This document shows, piece by piece, positions 20,492 to 29,166 of a stretch of DNA of 50,180 nucleotides; the first letter of the stretch is position 1; every line of letters begins with the position of its first letter. Made by a program: the position numbers and the translations under genes. Source of the DNA: Candidatus Zhuqueibacterota bacterium (GTDB lineage Bacteria; Zhuqueibacterota; Zhuqueibacteria; Residuimicrobiales; Oceaniaggregativiventaceae); assembly GCA_016929055.1 (NCBI GenBank), contig JAFGJN010000161.1, forward strand, positions 1 to 50,180. The letters run 5' to 3'. Below the pieces are notes generated by a model. The model did no database searches. It was not told the origin of the DNA and worked only from the letters and a program-made list of their open reading frames with translations.

Positions 20492-22249
20492 ATGAAATGG
20501 AAAAGAACACATACGTGTGGAGATTTGACCAGCCGACAAGTAGGGACAGAAGCTGTTTTGATGGGGTGGGTTGAAAAACGACGGGATCATGGTGGGTTGA
20601 TTTTTATAGATTTGCGAGATCGTTATGGAATTACCCAGATTCGGATCGATCCGTCATCTGCGGCTTACGAAGAAGCCAAAAAACTGCGCAGCGAATATGT
20701 CGTCGGATTTAAAGGACGGGTTGAGCGACGCCCCGACAGCATGGAAAACAAAAATCTGCGTACTGGCGAAATCGAACTGGTCGCTGCGGAGATCGATCTC
20801 ATGAGCACAGCTCAAACTCCACCGATTCAGATATCCGGCAAAGTTTCCTCCTCAGAAGATTTGCGTCTCAAATATCGCTATCTCGATCTTCGCAATCCCC
20901 AGATGCAACATAACCTGATCGTACGACACCAAGCGGCACAGATCGTGAGAAATTATTTCAGTGAAAAGAACTTTGTCGAAATTGAGACACCCTACTTGAT
21001 GAAAAGCACGCCGGAAGGCGCTCGGGATTTCCTTGTGCCCAGTCGAATCTGGAAAGGCCGATTTTTCGCCTTGCCGCAATCACCGCAGACCTACAAGCAA
21101 TTGTTGATGATGTCGGGATTCGACCGTTATTTTCAGATCGTGCGCTGTTTTCGTGATGAAGATTTGCGCGCCGATCGTCAGCCGGAATTCACCCAGATCG
21201 ATGTGGAAATGTCTTTTGTCGATGAAGAGGATATTTTTGTCGTCGTTGAAAGTCTTGTGCAACGGATTTTCAAACAAATTCTGGATATCGATCTGTCTCT
21301 TCCCCTGCCGCGGTTATCCTATTCAGACGCCATAGCGCGTTACGGTTGCGACAAGCCCGATCTTCGTTTCGGCGCTGAGATCCATTCCTTTTCCGATTGG
21401 GCCAAAAAAGTCGAATTTCAGGTTTTTCGCGATAATTTGGAGCGCGGCGGCGTGATTGCCGGTATTTGCGCAAAACAGTGCGGCGGGTATTCGCGCAAGC
21501 AAATCGATCAGCTGACAGAGCAGGCGAAAAATTTGGGTGCCAAAGGTTTGGTGGCGATCAAAATTAAAGAAAATGATTGGGACAGTGGTCTGAACAAATA
21601 TTTTACACCGGCACAAAGATCGGCCTTGATTCAAGAAATGAACGCTCAGGAAGGCGACCTTTTGCTGCTTGTGGCCGATACGGAAGAAGTGACGCTGCAT
21701 GTTTTGGGGGAATTGCGGTTGCTTTTAGCCAAACAGGAAAAGTGGATTGATGGGAATCGGTTTCAATTCACCTGGGTCGTCGATTTCCCCTTGTTCGAAT
21801 ACAGCCAGGAAGAAGAGCGCTATGTTGCACGCCATCATCCTTTCACTTCCCCCAAAGCAGAGGATGTCAGCCGGCTGCAGGAGCATCCGGATAAGGTTCG
21901 AGCTCGCGCTTATGACCTGGTTCTCAACGGCAGCGAAATTGCTGGCGGAAGCATCAGAATTTCGGATCAAAAACTGCAAAGCGATATGTTTCAGGCGTTG
22001 GGGATATCAGAAAGCGAAGCACGCGACAAATTCGGGTTTTTATTGGATGCTCTTGCATTTGGAACACCGCCACACGGCGGCATCGCCTTTGGTTTTGACC
22101 GATTGGTCATGTTGCTAACGGGCACTACATCCATACGTGAGGTGATCGCTTTTCCCAAAACAGCAAGTGCCATGTCGCTGATGGATGGTGCACCATCCCA
22201 GGTGAGCGAAAAACAATTGCTTGAATTGGGGATTAAGCGAATTGTTTAG
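20492..22249 (+). CDS. aspS: Aspartate-tRNA ligase (probably non-discriminating)
   Basis: RTHTCG, RRDHGGLIFIDLRD, STPEGARDF, LPQSPQ, FRDEDLRADRQPEFTQID, GAD insert, PPHGGIAFGFDR. ATG 20492 with GAGGA SD. Confidence 0.98.
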   Translation: MKWKRTHTCGDLTSRQVGTEAVLMGWVEKRRDHGGLIFIDLRDRYGITQIRIDPSSAAYEEAKKLRSEYVVGFKGRVERRPDSMENKNLRTGEIELVAAEIDLMSTAQTPPIQISGKVSSSEDLRLKYRYLDLRNPQMQHNLIVRHQAAQIVRNYFSEKNFVEIETPYLMKSTPEGARDFLVPSRIWKGRFFALPQSPQTYKQLLMMSGFDRYFQIVRCFRDEDLRADRQPEFTQIDVEMSFVDEEDIFVVVESLVQRIFKQILDIDLSLPLPRLSYSDAIARYGCDKPDLRFGAEIHSFSDWAKKVEFQVFRDNLERGGVIAGICAKQCGGYSRKQIDQLTEQAKNLGAKGLVAIKIKENDWDSGLNKYFTPAQRSALIQEMNAQEGDLLLLVADTEEVTLHVLGELRLLLAKQEKWIDGNRFQFTWVVDFPLFEYSQEEERYVARHHPFTSPKAEDVSRLQEHPDKVRARAYDLVLNGSEIAGGSIRISDQKLQSDMFQALGISESEARDKFGFLLDALAFGTPPHGGIAFGFDRLVMLLTGTTSIREVIAFPKTASAMSLMDGAPSQVSEKQLLELGIKRIV

Positions 22250-22416
22250 TGCTTTGAAAACAGGTGGAATCACCGCTCTTTGGTCGTTCGACAAAAGACC
22301 CTGATGCTATTCTATTCAAATCAATGAGAAGGAATATAAACGCGAGAGCATGGGTTTTAATAGACATAATTTCAGTATTACTAGGAACGTGACCGTTTTA
22401 ATATATAATTTTCTTC

Positions 22417-22445
22417 TTGACTCTTATTCGTTTTTTTATTAACAT
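22417..22445 (+). promoter_or_regulatory. Putative sigma70 promoter of the lipoprotein-LysM pair
   Basis: TTGACT(22417-22422)-N17-TAACAT(22440-22445) with an AT-rich upstream region. Confidence 0.55.
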
Positions 22446-22536
22446 GCTTAAAGTGAGAGTGTTCAAAAAATAAACAGATCCTGAAGCACCAAAGAGGTTG
22501 TTAATCTCGCAGTCCTTGAAAGGAGGTGTACAATTG

Positions 22537-22812
22537 ATGACAAAGGCGATCCGGATTATTGTGACCCTCTCGTTGGTTGCCCTGTTTGCGTCCGTCGTTC
22601 TGACGGGGTGTAGCAAACATCCGAATCAGGAGCAACTGCAGCTTTTGGAGGAAACCAAACAAGCCGCACTGGCAGCTGAACAAGAACTTGCGGATTGTGA
22701 AAAAACCCAGGCTGAGGTCAAGAGTCAACTTGCCGACAAAAAGCAAGAATTGGCGAACGTGCAACAAGAAAAAACAGATGTTTCCAGTCGTTTAGCGGCC
22801 ATGGGAGAATGA
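22537..22812 (+). CDS. Small coiled-coil lipoprotein
   Basis: AGGAGG SD, lipobox LTGC, then about 65 aa of Ala/Gln/Glu/Lys-rich heptad helix. Confidence 0.85.
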   Translation: MTKAIRIIVTLSLVALFASVVLTGCSKHPNQEQLQLLEETKQAALAAEQELADCEKTQAEVKSQLADKKQELANVQQEKTDVSSRLAAMGE

Positions 22813-22843
22813 CACTTAACCACAAATCACTGGAGGGAAGGTG

Positions 22844-23698
22844 ATGAGTTTGTCACTAAGAAACATGCTTCGCCTTGCGCTTTTGCTTTCCTTCTCATTG
22901 ATCTTTGGTGCTACGGTATCCCTGGCCCAAGAGAAAATGAGCATGGAAGATTACAACGCTCAGCTGGCTCAATGGCAAGAGCGTGAAGCTACGGCGAAAA
23001 AAGCGCTTGATGAATGCGGTCAAGCCAGCGAAGAGATGAAAAAAGAAAGCGAAACCATTCAGGGCGATATCGACGCCACCTGGAAAGCGATCTATGACGA
23101 GATCGAAACCGATGCAGACGCGGTGGCCGCTTACCGTCAGAAACTTCAGGAATTGGACGCCAAGGTTTCGGGACTTTTGGCCCTTTCTCCGGAAGAACTT
23201 TTCAAAAAACGCGATGAGGTCAAAGAAGCGGAAGATATGTTGGCCGCTTTCAAAATGGACCGCATTTCTGCATTGACCGACATGCAGAACATGATTGCCG
23301 GGATCGAGGGTAAATTGACCCAGATCAAAAACAAGATGCCCAAAGCGATCTATGATGAATATTCGGTTGTGGTTGGTGATTATCTCTGGAAGGTTTCTGG
23401 CAAAGCCGATATCTATGGTAATCCGATGCAATGGATGCGGATCTACTCCTACAACAAGGAGCAGATCAAAGATCCGGACCTGATTTATCCCGAGCAGATC
23501 CTCAAGATTCAACGCGAAGTCGGACCGGAAGAATATTTGGTGGAAAAAGGCGATTATCTGGCCAAGATTGCCGGAAAAGCAGAGATGATGGGTGATCCAA
23601 GTACCTGGACTAAGATCTATGAAAAGAACAAAGCCATCATCGGCGATGATCCGAATATGATCTTTCCCTATACGGTTTTGGTGATCCCGGCCAATTAA
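22844..23698 (+). CDS. Exported coiled-coil protein with two C-terminal LysM domains
   Basis: Signal peptide (SLA|QE). YSVVVGDYLWKVS..IY..W..IY..N..DPDLIYP and YLVEKGDYLAKIA..W.KIY..N..PNMIFP. Confidence 0.9.
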   Translation: MSLSLRNMLRLALLLSFSLIFGATVSLAQEKMSMEDYNAQLAQWQEREATAKKALDECGQASEEMKKESETIQGDIDATWKAIYDEIETDADAVAAYRQKLQELDAKVSGLLALSPEELFKKRDEVKEAEDMLAAFKMDRISALTDMQNMIAGIEGKLTQIKNKMPKAIYDEYSVVVGDYLWKVSGKADIYGNPMQWMRIYSYNKEQIKDPDLIYPEQILKIQREVGPEEYLVEKGDYLAKIAGKAEMMGDPSTWTKIYEKNKAIIGDDPNMIFPYTVLVIPAN

Positions 23699-23782
23699 GA
23701 GCGTGAAGCGAATTGCGACAAACGTGCTCGGCGCGGTTTACTATCTCTATTGTCCGGCGATCGTTTTACGTGGATCCAATTG

Positions 23783-23816
23783 AAACTCTCGGTCTATTTT
23801 GGGCCGAGAGTTTTTT
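23783..23816 (+). terminator. Rho-independent terminator after the LysM gene
   Basis: Stem AAACTCTCGGTCT/GGGCCGAGAGTTT (two G-U pairs) ending in a T6 run. Confidence 0.75.
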
Positions 23817-23823
23817 ATTGATA

Positions 23824-23863
23824 AACTCATTCAGCCAGCCCCGGGTGGCCGGCTGAATGAGTT
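23824..23863. repeat. 13-bp perfect inverted repeat upstream of phoH
   Basis: AACTCATTCAGCC(23824-23836) / GGCTGAATGAGTT(23851-23863). T6 at 23870-23875. Confidence 0.8.
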
Positions 23864-23896
23864 CGGCGGTTTTTTGAGCACGATAGAGGAACAACG

Positions 23897-24874
23897 GTGG
23901 CGAGTGAAAAACGCATACAATTGCGCGGAATTGATCCAATCGCGTTTTATGGCTTGCAGGATGAGAATCTGCGCATGCTGGAAAGACTGTTTCAAATCGA
24001 TCTGGTGGGACGTGGTCAAGAGTTGATCCTCCGCGGCGATGAAAACTTGGTCGAAGAAGCGGTGCGAGTGATATCCGAGTTGATTTTTATGGTCAACAAG
24101 AATGGTTCGCTCTCTGCCGACGATATCGAGACCGTTTTTCGTTTGAGTCAGAGTCCGGATAGAAAAGCTGCGGAACATGATCCCGACTCTATCGTTCTCT
24201 ATACCAAAAACGGCATGATCAAACCCAAAACACCGGGACAAAATGCTTATTACCAATCGACAAAAAAAAATGACATTGTAGTCGCAATCGGGCCTGCTGG
24301 AACCGGCAAGACCTATCTAGCTGTAGCTGTTTCGGTTGCGCATTTACGAGAAAATCGCGTTGACCGCATTGTTTTATGTCGACCGGCGGTGGAGGCGGGG
24401 GAAAGCCTGGGTTTCCTCCCTGGGGATTTTCGGGAAAAAGTGGATCCCTATCTGCGGCCGCTTTACGATGCTTTGCATGAAATGATTCCTCAGGACAAGC
24501 TGAAGAGATTCCTGGAAACCCGGATTGTTGAAATCGTTCCTCTTGCCTACATGAGGGGGCGAACGCTGAACAACAGTTTCGTCATACTCGATGAGGCCCA
24601 AAACACCACTTCCGGTCAGATGAAAATGTTTTTAACCCGATTGGGCGCCAATACGAGGGCAATTATCACCGGAGATATCACCCAGATCGATTTGCCCAGC
24701 AGCAGTGAATCGGGTTTGATTCAGATTCAAGATGTTTTAAAAGGAATCGACGGTATTGATTTTGTTTATTTACACGAGCGCGATGTGGTTCGTCACCAAT
24801 TAGTCAAAAAAATCATCCGCGCCTATAAGGACTATGCCACCAGTTCTGAAAACGATAAGAATATACCATTATGA
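23897..24874 (+). CDS. phoH: PhoH family ATPase (YbeZ-like)
   Basis: GPAGTGKTYLA, RPAVEAGESLGFLPGD, PLAYMRGRT, LDEAQN, GDITQIDLP, DVVRH. Confidence 0.96.
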   Translation: MASEKRIQLRGIDPIAFYGLQDENLRMLERLFQIDLVGRGQELILRGDENLVEEAVRVISELIFMVNKNGSLSADDIETVFRLSQSPDRKAAEHDPDSIVLYTKNGMIKPKTPGQNAYYQSTKKNDIVVAIGPAGTGKTYLAVAVSVAHLRENRVDRIVLCRPAVEAGESLGFLPGDFREKVDPYLRPLYDALHEMIPQDKLKRFLETRIVEIVPLAYMRGRTLNNSFVILDEAQNTTSGQMKMFLTRLGANTRAIITGDITQIDLPSSSESGLIQIQDVLKGIDGIDFVYLHERDVVRHQLVKKIIRAYKDYATSSENDKNIPL

Positions 24875-27186
24875 GACTATCGAAATCCAAATCTTTTCGC
24901 AAATATCCTGAGGTGTTGAAAAGCGTTGTTTCGCATCGAAAGTTTCGCTTACAGGACTACCGTATACAGCTCGTCGGTCTTTTTATCCTGACGCTGCTGA
25001 TCACCCTGATGTTCCCTCGGGGCAAATCATTTCAATTCGCCGATCTCAAAGAAGGCCGGGTCTATGTCGGACCGGAAATAATCGCACCGTTCACCTTTCC
25101 GGTCAATAAAAGTGCCGATGAATACGAAGTGGATCGTCGACGCGCACGACAGAGTGTACCGCCGGTGTTTGTTTTTTCCGACAGCGTCGCTGAACATCAA
25201 CTCGATGCGATGATCAAATTGATCGGGCAGGTCGACAGACTTTTGCGATCTCCTGAGACCCAGGTCGAAGATCTTCAGCGGCTCATGCGTGATGCCGGCG
25301 TCGTGATCTCGAGCGAAGACGTTCAATTGGTACTTTTGGGATTTCCGGAAACAAACGAGCGCTTTCCCGCGTCAATCAATCCCGGCATTGTTCAGAGGCG
25401 AATTCTAGAGTTTGAAACGATTGCCAAAGCCGCATTGGCTGTAACAAGGGAAATTTTTAAGGCGGGTGTCTTGAGCGTCGACAAGAGCCAATTTTCTGCA
25501 GGAACCGACAAGTTGTCCATAAGCCGCAGCGGTCAAGACCATATTGAAGAACTCGAAGAGATGAATTATTACCAGAGTATCGTCGATTCCCGCAATACTC
25601 TGTTGGAATTGCTGCGCAAAGATACCGATCTCCAAGAGAGAGAGGTAAAAATCGCTTATCAAATAGCGGTAAACTTTTTGCAGCCGAATGTCTTGTATGA
25701 TCAGGTCGAACACCAGAGACGGATAGAGGATGCAGTTGCGACAGTTCCGCTGGCCAAGGATCAAATCCTGGCGGGCGAGAGAATCATCGACAGCCATCAA
25801 CGAATCACCCGCCAGCACATCGAGAAACTCAATTCTTTCGCGGTTGCCAAAGCCGAACGGGGAGAGGTATCCAGTTTTTGGAAGCGAGCAGTTCCTGCCG
25901 TCGGCAAATTTCTCTTTACGCTTTTCATTCTCAGCATACTGGTGATTTATCTCTATCGCGCCCGGCGTCCGATTGTGCTCGATCTCAAACGGTTGTTGTT
26001 GATTGCCTTGATCATTCTTTTGGTTTCTTTGTTCACGTTCATCGTCACCAGATTTGATCTATCGGCCTATTTGATTCCGGTGGCGATGGCGGCGATAATT
26101 ATCACGATTTTTTTTGATGCCGATGTTGGATTGGTGACGGCCGTGGCTTTAAGTCTGTTAACCGGTGCGATGCGGGGAAACGAATACAGCATCACTTTTA
26201 TTTCTTTGTTCGCTTCAACAATAGTTATTTTAACAGTTAGCAAAGTGCGGACGCGAAATTGGGTTTTGCATTCGATGGGTGCGACGATCGCTGCCTATTT
26301 GTTGGCGATTACCGTACATGATTTTGTCAGTTATATCTCATTTTCCGATATGGCCAAAAACTGGCTTTTTGGAATGATCAACGGCTTTTTTGCTCCTATT
26401 TTCGCCTATGGGATGGTTATCATTTTTGAATTCGCATTTGATTTGACAACGGACATGACCCTGCTTGAACTCTCGGACTTGAATCAGCCCTTGTTGCGGC
26501 AGTTGGCGATGCGGGCCCCCGGGACATATCACCACAGTATTGTGGTCGGCAATCTCGCAGAAGCGGCAACTGAGGCCATTGGTGGCAATCCTTTGTTGGC
26601 CAGGGTCGGCTCGTATTACCACGATATCGGTAAAATGGAAAAACCAGAATATTTTGTCGAGAATCAGACCAAAGGACATAATCCGCAGGAAAAATTGACG
26701 CCCTCTATGAGCTCCTTGATTCTGCTGAATCATGTTCGCAAAGGGGCGGATATGGCGCATTCCCAAGGATTGCCCCGTGAAATTGAAGATTTTATCTATG
26801 AACATCATGGCACCGGATTGATGGGTTATTTTTACCAAAAAGCTCTCGAACAGAGCGACGGTGAAAATATTTCTGCAAATGAATTCCGCTATCCCGGTCC
26901 CAGACCGCGAAAAAAGGAGACAGCTATCGTCATGCTTGCCGATGCCGTTGAGGCGACATCGCGTACTCTCAAAGATCCCACCCCAAGTCGGATTAAAAAC
27001 GTGGTGGAGAATTTGATTGACGAACGATTTAAAAGCGGAGAACTGGATGATTCGCCGCTGACCTTGCAGGATTTGTCTAAAATTTCTGAAGCGTTTCAAA
27101 AGATACTTAATGGCATCTTTCACAGCCGAATTGACTATCCCGCCGGAAATGGAGAAAGCGGTGAAAAAAAGGAAAAGAGCGTTTAA
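24871..27186 (+). CDS. 7TM-HD (HDIG) phosphohydrolase, PgpH/YqfF-like
   Basis: N-terminal TM, large extracytoplasmic domain, multiple TMs, APGTYHHS, YYHDIGK, YFVENQ, EHHGT, FRYPGP, MLADAVEA. Confidence 0.93.
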   Translation: MRLSKSKSFRKYPEVLKSVVSHRKFRLQDYRIQLVGLFILTLLITLMFPRGKSFQFADLKEGRVYVGPEIIAPFTFPVNKSADEYEVDRRRARQSVPPVFVFSDSVAEHQLDAMIKLIGQVDRLLRSPETQVEDLQRLMRDAGVVISSEDVQLVLLGFPETNERFPASINPGIVQRRILEFETIAKAALAVTREIFKAGVLSVDKSQFSAGTDKLSISRSGQDHIEELEEMNYYQSIVDSRNTLLELLRKDTDLQEREVKIAYQIAVNFLQPNVLYDQVEHQRRIEDAVATVPLAKDQILAGERIIDSHQRITRQHIEKLNSFAVAKAERGEVSSFWKRAVPAVGKFLFTLFILSILVIYLYRARRPIVLDLKRLLLIALIILLVSLFTFIVTRFDLSAYLIPVAMAAIIITIFFDADVGLVTAVALSLLTGAMRGNEYSITFISLFASTIVILTVSKVRTRNWVLHSMGATIAAYLLAITVHDFVSYISFSDMAKNWLFGMINGFFAPIFAYGMVIIFEFAFDLTTDMTLLELSDLNQPLLRQLAMRAPGTYHHSIVVGNLAEAATEAIGGNPLLARVGSYYHDIGKMEKPEYFVENQTKGHNPQEKLTPSMSSLILLNHVRKGADMAHSQGLPREIEDFIYEHHGTGLMGYFYQKALEQSDGENISANEFRYPGPRPRKKETAIVMLADAVEATSRTLKDPTPSRIKNVVENLIDERFKSGELDDSPLTLQDLSKISEAFQKILNGIFHSRIDYPAGNGESGEKKEKSV

Positions 27187-27619
27187 TCTATCGATTGAAA
27201 AAACGATCGATTTCGTTGCTCCGGAAACAGAACAAATACAAAAGATGGTGCAGGGTATCCTGGATCGTGAAAATATCTTTCATGATTGCGAATTTACTGT
27301 TATATTTATAGATGATGTTTTTATGATCGATTTGCATCAGCGGTTTCTGCAAACCGATGAAACAACCGATGTTATGGCGTTTGATTTGAGCGATACCGAT
27401 AAAGTTCTTGAAGGCGAGATTTATATCAATGTCGTTCAGGCAGAGAGGCAGGCGCAAGAATACGGTGTGGGCCTACAAAATGAGCTTTTTCGCCTGACAG
27501 CGCATGGAGTTTTGCATTTGCTTGGCTATGACGATCAAACTGAAGCACTGCGCCTGGTTATGGCTGAATTGGAAGATCAGGCTCTGGACGAAGTCAATTC
27601 ATCGAGGAGGGATTCGTGA
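27161..27619 (+). CDS. ybeY: rRNA maturation endoribonuclease YbeY
   Basis: TTDVMAF, GEIYI, HGVLHLLGYDD. Start reassigned to GTG 27161 (GGAG SD). Context after phoH and the HD gene. Confidence 0.9.
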   Translation: MKKRKRAFNLSIEKTIDFVAPETEQIQKMVQGILDRENIFHDCEFTVIFIDDVFMIDLHQRFLQTDETTDVMAFDLSDTDKVLEGEIYINVVQAERQAQEYGVGLQNELFRLTAHGVLHLLGYDDQTEALRLVMAELEDQALDEVNSSRRDS

Positions 27620-27675
27620 TATTTTCCCATCCTGTCCTTGATCTGTTCCTTATTATCAAAGGAGGTTGATCACTT

Positions 27676-28971
27676 TTGGAACCTGATCCATCGCTCTTTC
27701 TGGTGGTGATTGGCGGGCTGCTGATGATTTCGGCTTTTTTTTCCGGGACCGAAACGGCGTTTTTTTCCATGAGCAGCTTGATGGTAGAAAAGCTGGCTTC
27801 ACGGTCGGATAAAAAGAGCAGGCGCGTCGTTCGACTTTTGTCCAGTCCGCGAAAGTTGTTGATTGCTATTTTGATCTGCAATACGCTGGTTAATGTATCT
27901 GCTGCTTCGCTTGCCGCCATGTTGGTAACCCACTGGTCTGAGGCACATCGCTTTGATCCGCGTGTCGGACTCGTTCTGAATGTGGTTGTCATAACGTTTT
28001 TGATCCTTGTGATCAGTGAAATTACGCCTAAAATATTCGCCGTCAAAAAGCCCGACAGTTTTGCTCTCCAGGTTGCTCCCGCCGTGTCGCTTATCTATTA
28101 TTTCTTTTTGCCGGTTACGATCCTTATCGATAAAAGCATCAAAGGTTTGATCGAATTTTTAAAAATTCATGAACACGAAGAAGAACGTTTTCTCAAGTCC
28201 GGTGAAATGCGCGCGCTTTTAGAGATGGGACAGGAACAAGGTGAGCTTGAAGCGAATGAAAAGGAGATGATTCATTCGATTTTCGAGTTTGGGGACACGA
28301 TCGTTCGTGAAATTATGATTCCGCGCACGGATATGGTCTGTGTGTCCCATGACACGTCAGCGGAAGAATTGATCCTCTTGATCAAAGAGAAAGGCCATAC
28401 ACGAATTCCTGTTTATGAAGACACTATCGATCAAATTCGAGGAATCATCAATGCCAAAGATCTGTTGCCTTCTGTTTTGAACAAACGCAACAGCATCAAT
28501 CTTGTGCGGTTGGCGCGAACGGCTCTATTTGTGCCCGAGAGCAAAAAAATCGACGATCTGCTGAGATTGTTCCAAAAAGAACGACAGCATATGGCTATCG
28601 TGGTCGATGAATATGGTGGTACCGCTGGATTGGTTACCTTGGAAGACGTTCTCGAAGAAATTGTCGGAGAGATTCGTGACGAATACGATAGGGAAGTAGC
28701 TCTTTATAAAAAACTTGACGATAACACTTTTTTAGTCGACGCCAAGATTGACATCTATTCGTTAAATGATTTGATGGGACTTGCCATTCCGGAAAAAGAT
28801 GAATACGATACGCTTGGCGGTTTTATTTTTGAACTCACCGGCTCGGTGCCACAGGAAAATGAGTTAATCACCTATGAAAACCTCGAAATGGTTACCGTCA
28901 AAGTCGAACGAAACCGTATCGTCAAGGTAAAAATACAAAAAATCGTTGCCAAACCCGAAAACCATGATTAG
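27676..28971 (+). CDS. CNNM/DUF21-CBS-CorC protein (hemolysin C/TlyC/GldE family)
   Basis: SAFFSGTETAFFS, SEITPK, VREIMIPR, HTRIPVY, VVDEYGGTAGLVTLEDVLEEIVGEIRDE, YDTLGGF. TTG start with GGAGG SD. Confidence 0.93.
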   Translation: MEPDPSLFLVVIGGLLMISAFFSGTETAFFSMSSLMVEKLASRSDKKSRRVVRLLSSPRKLLIAILICNTLVNVSAASLAAMLVTHWSEAHRFDPRVGLVLNVVVITFLILVISEITPKIFAVKKPDSFALQVAPAVSLIYYFFLPVTILIDKSIKGLIEFLKIHEHEEERFLKSGEMRALLEMGQEQGELEANEKEMIHSIFEFGDTIVREIMIPRTDMVCVSHDTSAEELILLIKEKGHTRIPVYEDTIDQIRGIINAKDLLPSVLNKRNSINLVRLARTALFVPESKKIDDLLRLFQKERQHMAIVVDEYGGTAGLVTLEDVLEEIVGEIRDEYDREVALYKKLDDNTFLVDAKIDIYSLNDLMGLAIPEKDEYDTLGGFIFELTGSVPQENELITYENLEMVTVKVERNRIVKVKIQKIVAKPENHD

Positions 28972-29166
28972 ACCAGTTGGTTGATTTGCCCGGATTTGTG
29001 AAGGGGTTTCGATGTAATGTACCGAATCTCTTGCGAAATCAGCTGGATATCGATAAGCAAATGGCGAGTAAAGTAAATACCATAACTACATAAAGATTAG
29101 CATGTTGGGTGCATTGCGATTCGGTAAACACCGAATCTGGGTTCGAGTAACCTGAGGAGGTTAGAG

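Noticed and set aside
22263-22276. T-box-like GGTGGAATCACCGC near aspS
   Set aside because: Lies downstream of the synthetase gene and lacks stem I and specifier features.
23084-23355. 14-nt direct repeat AAAGCGATCTATGA (KAIYD twice) in the LysM gene
   Set aside because: Only two copies with no flanking similarity. Not an array.
23762-23777. parS-like CGTTTTACGTGGATCC
   Set aside because: Several mismatches to TGTTTCACGTGAAACA and the palindrome is broken. I noticed no convincing parS anywhere in the window.
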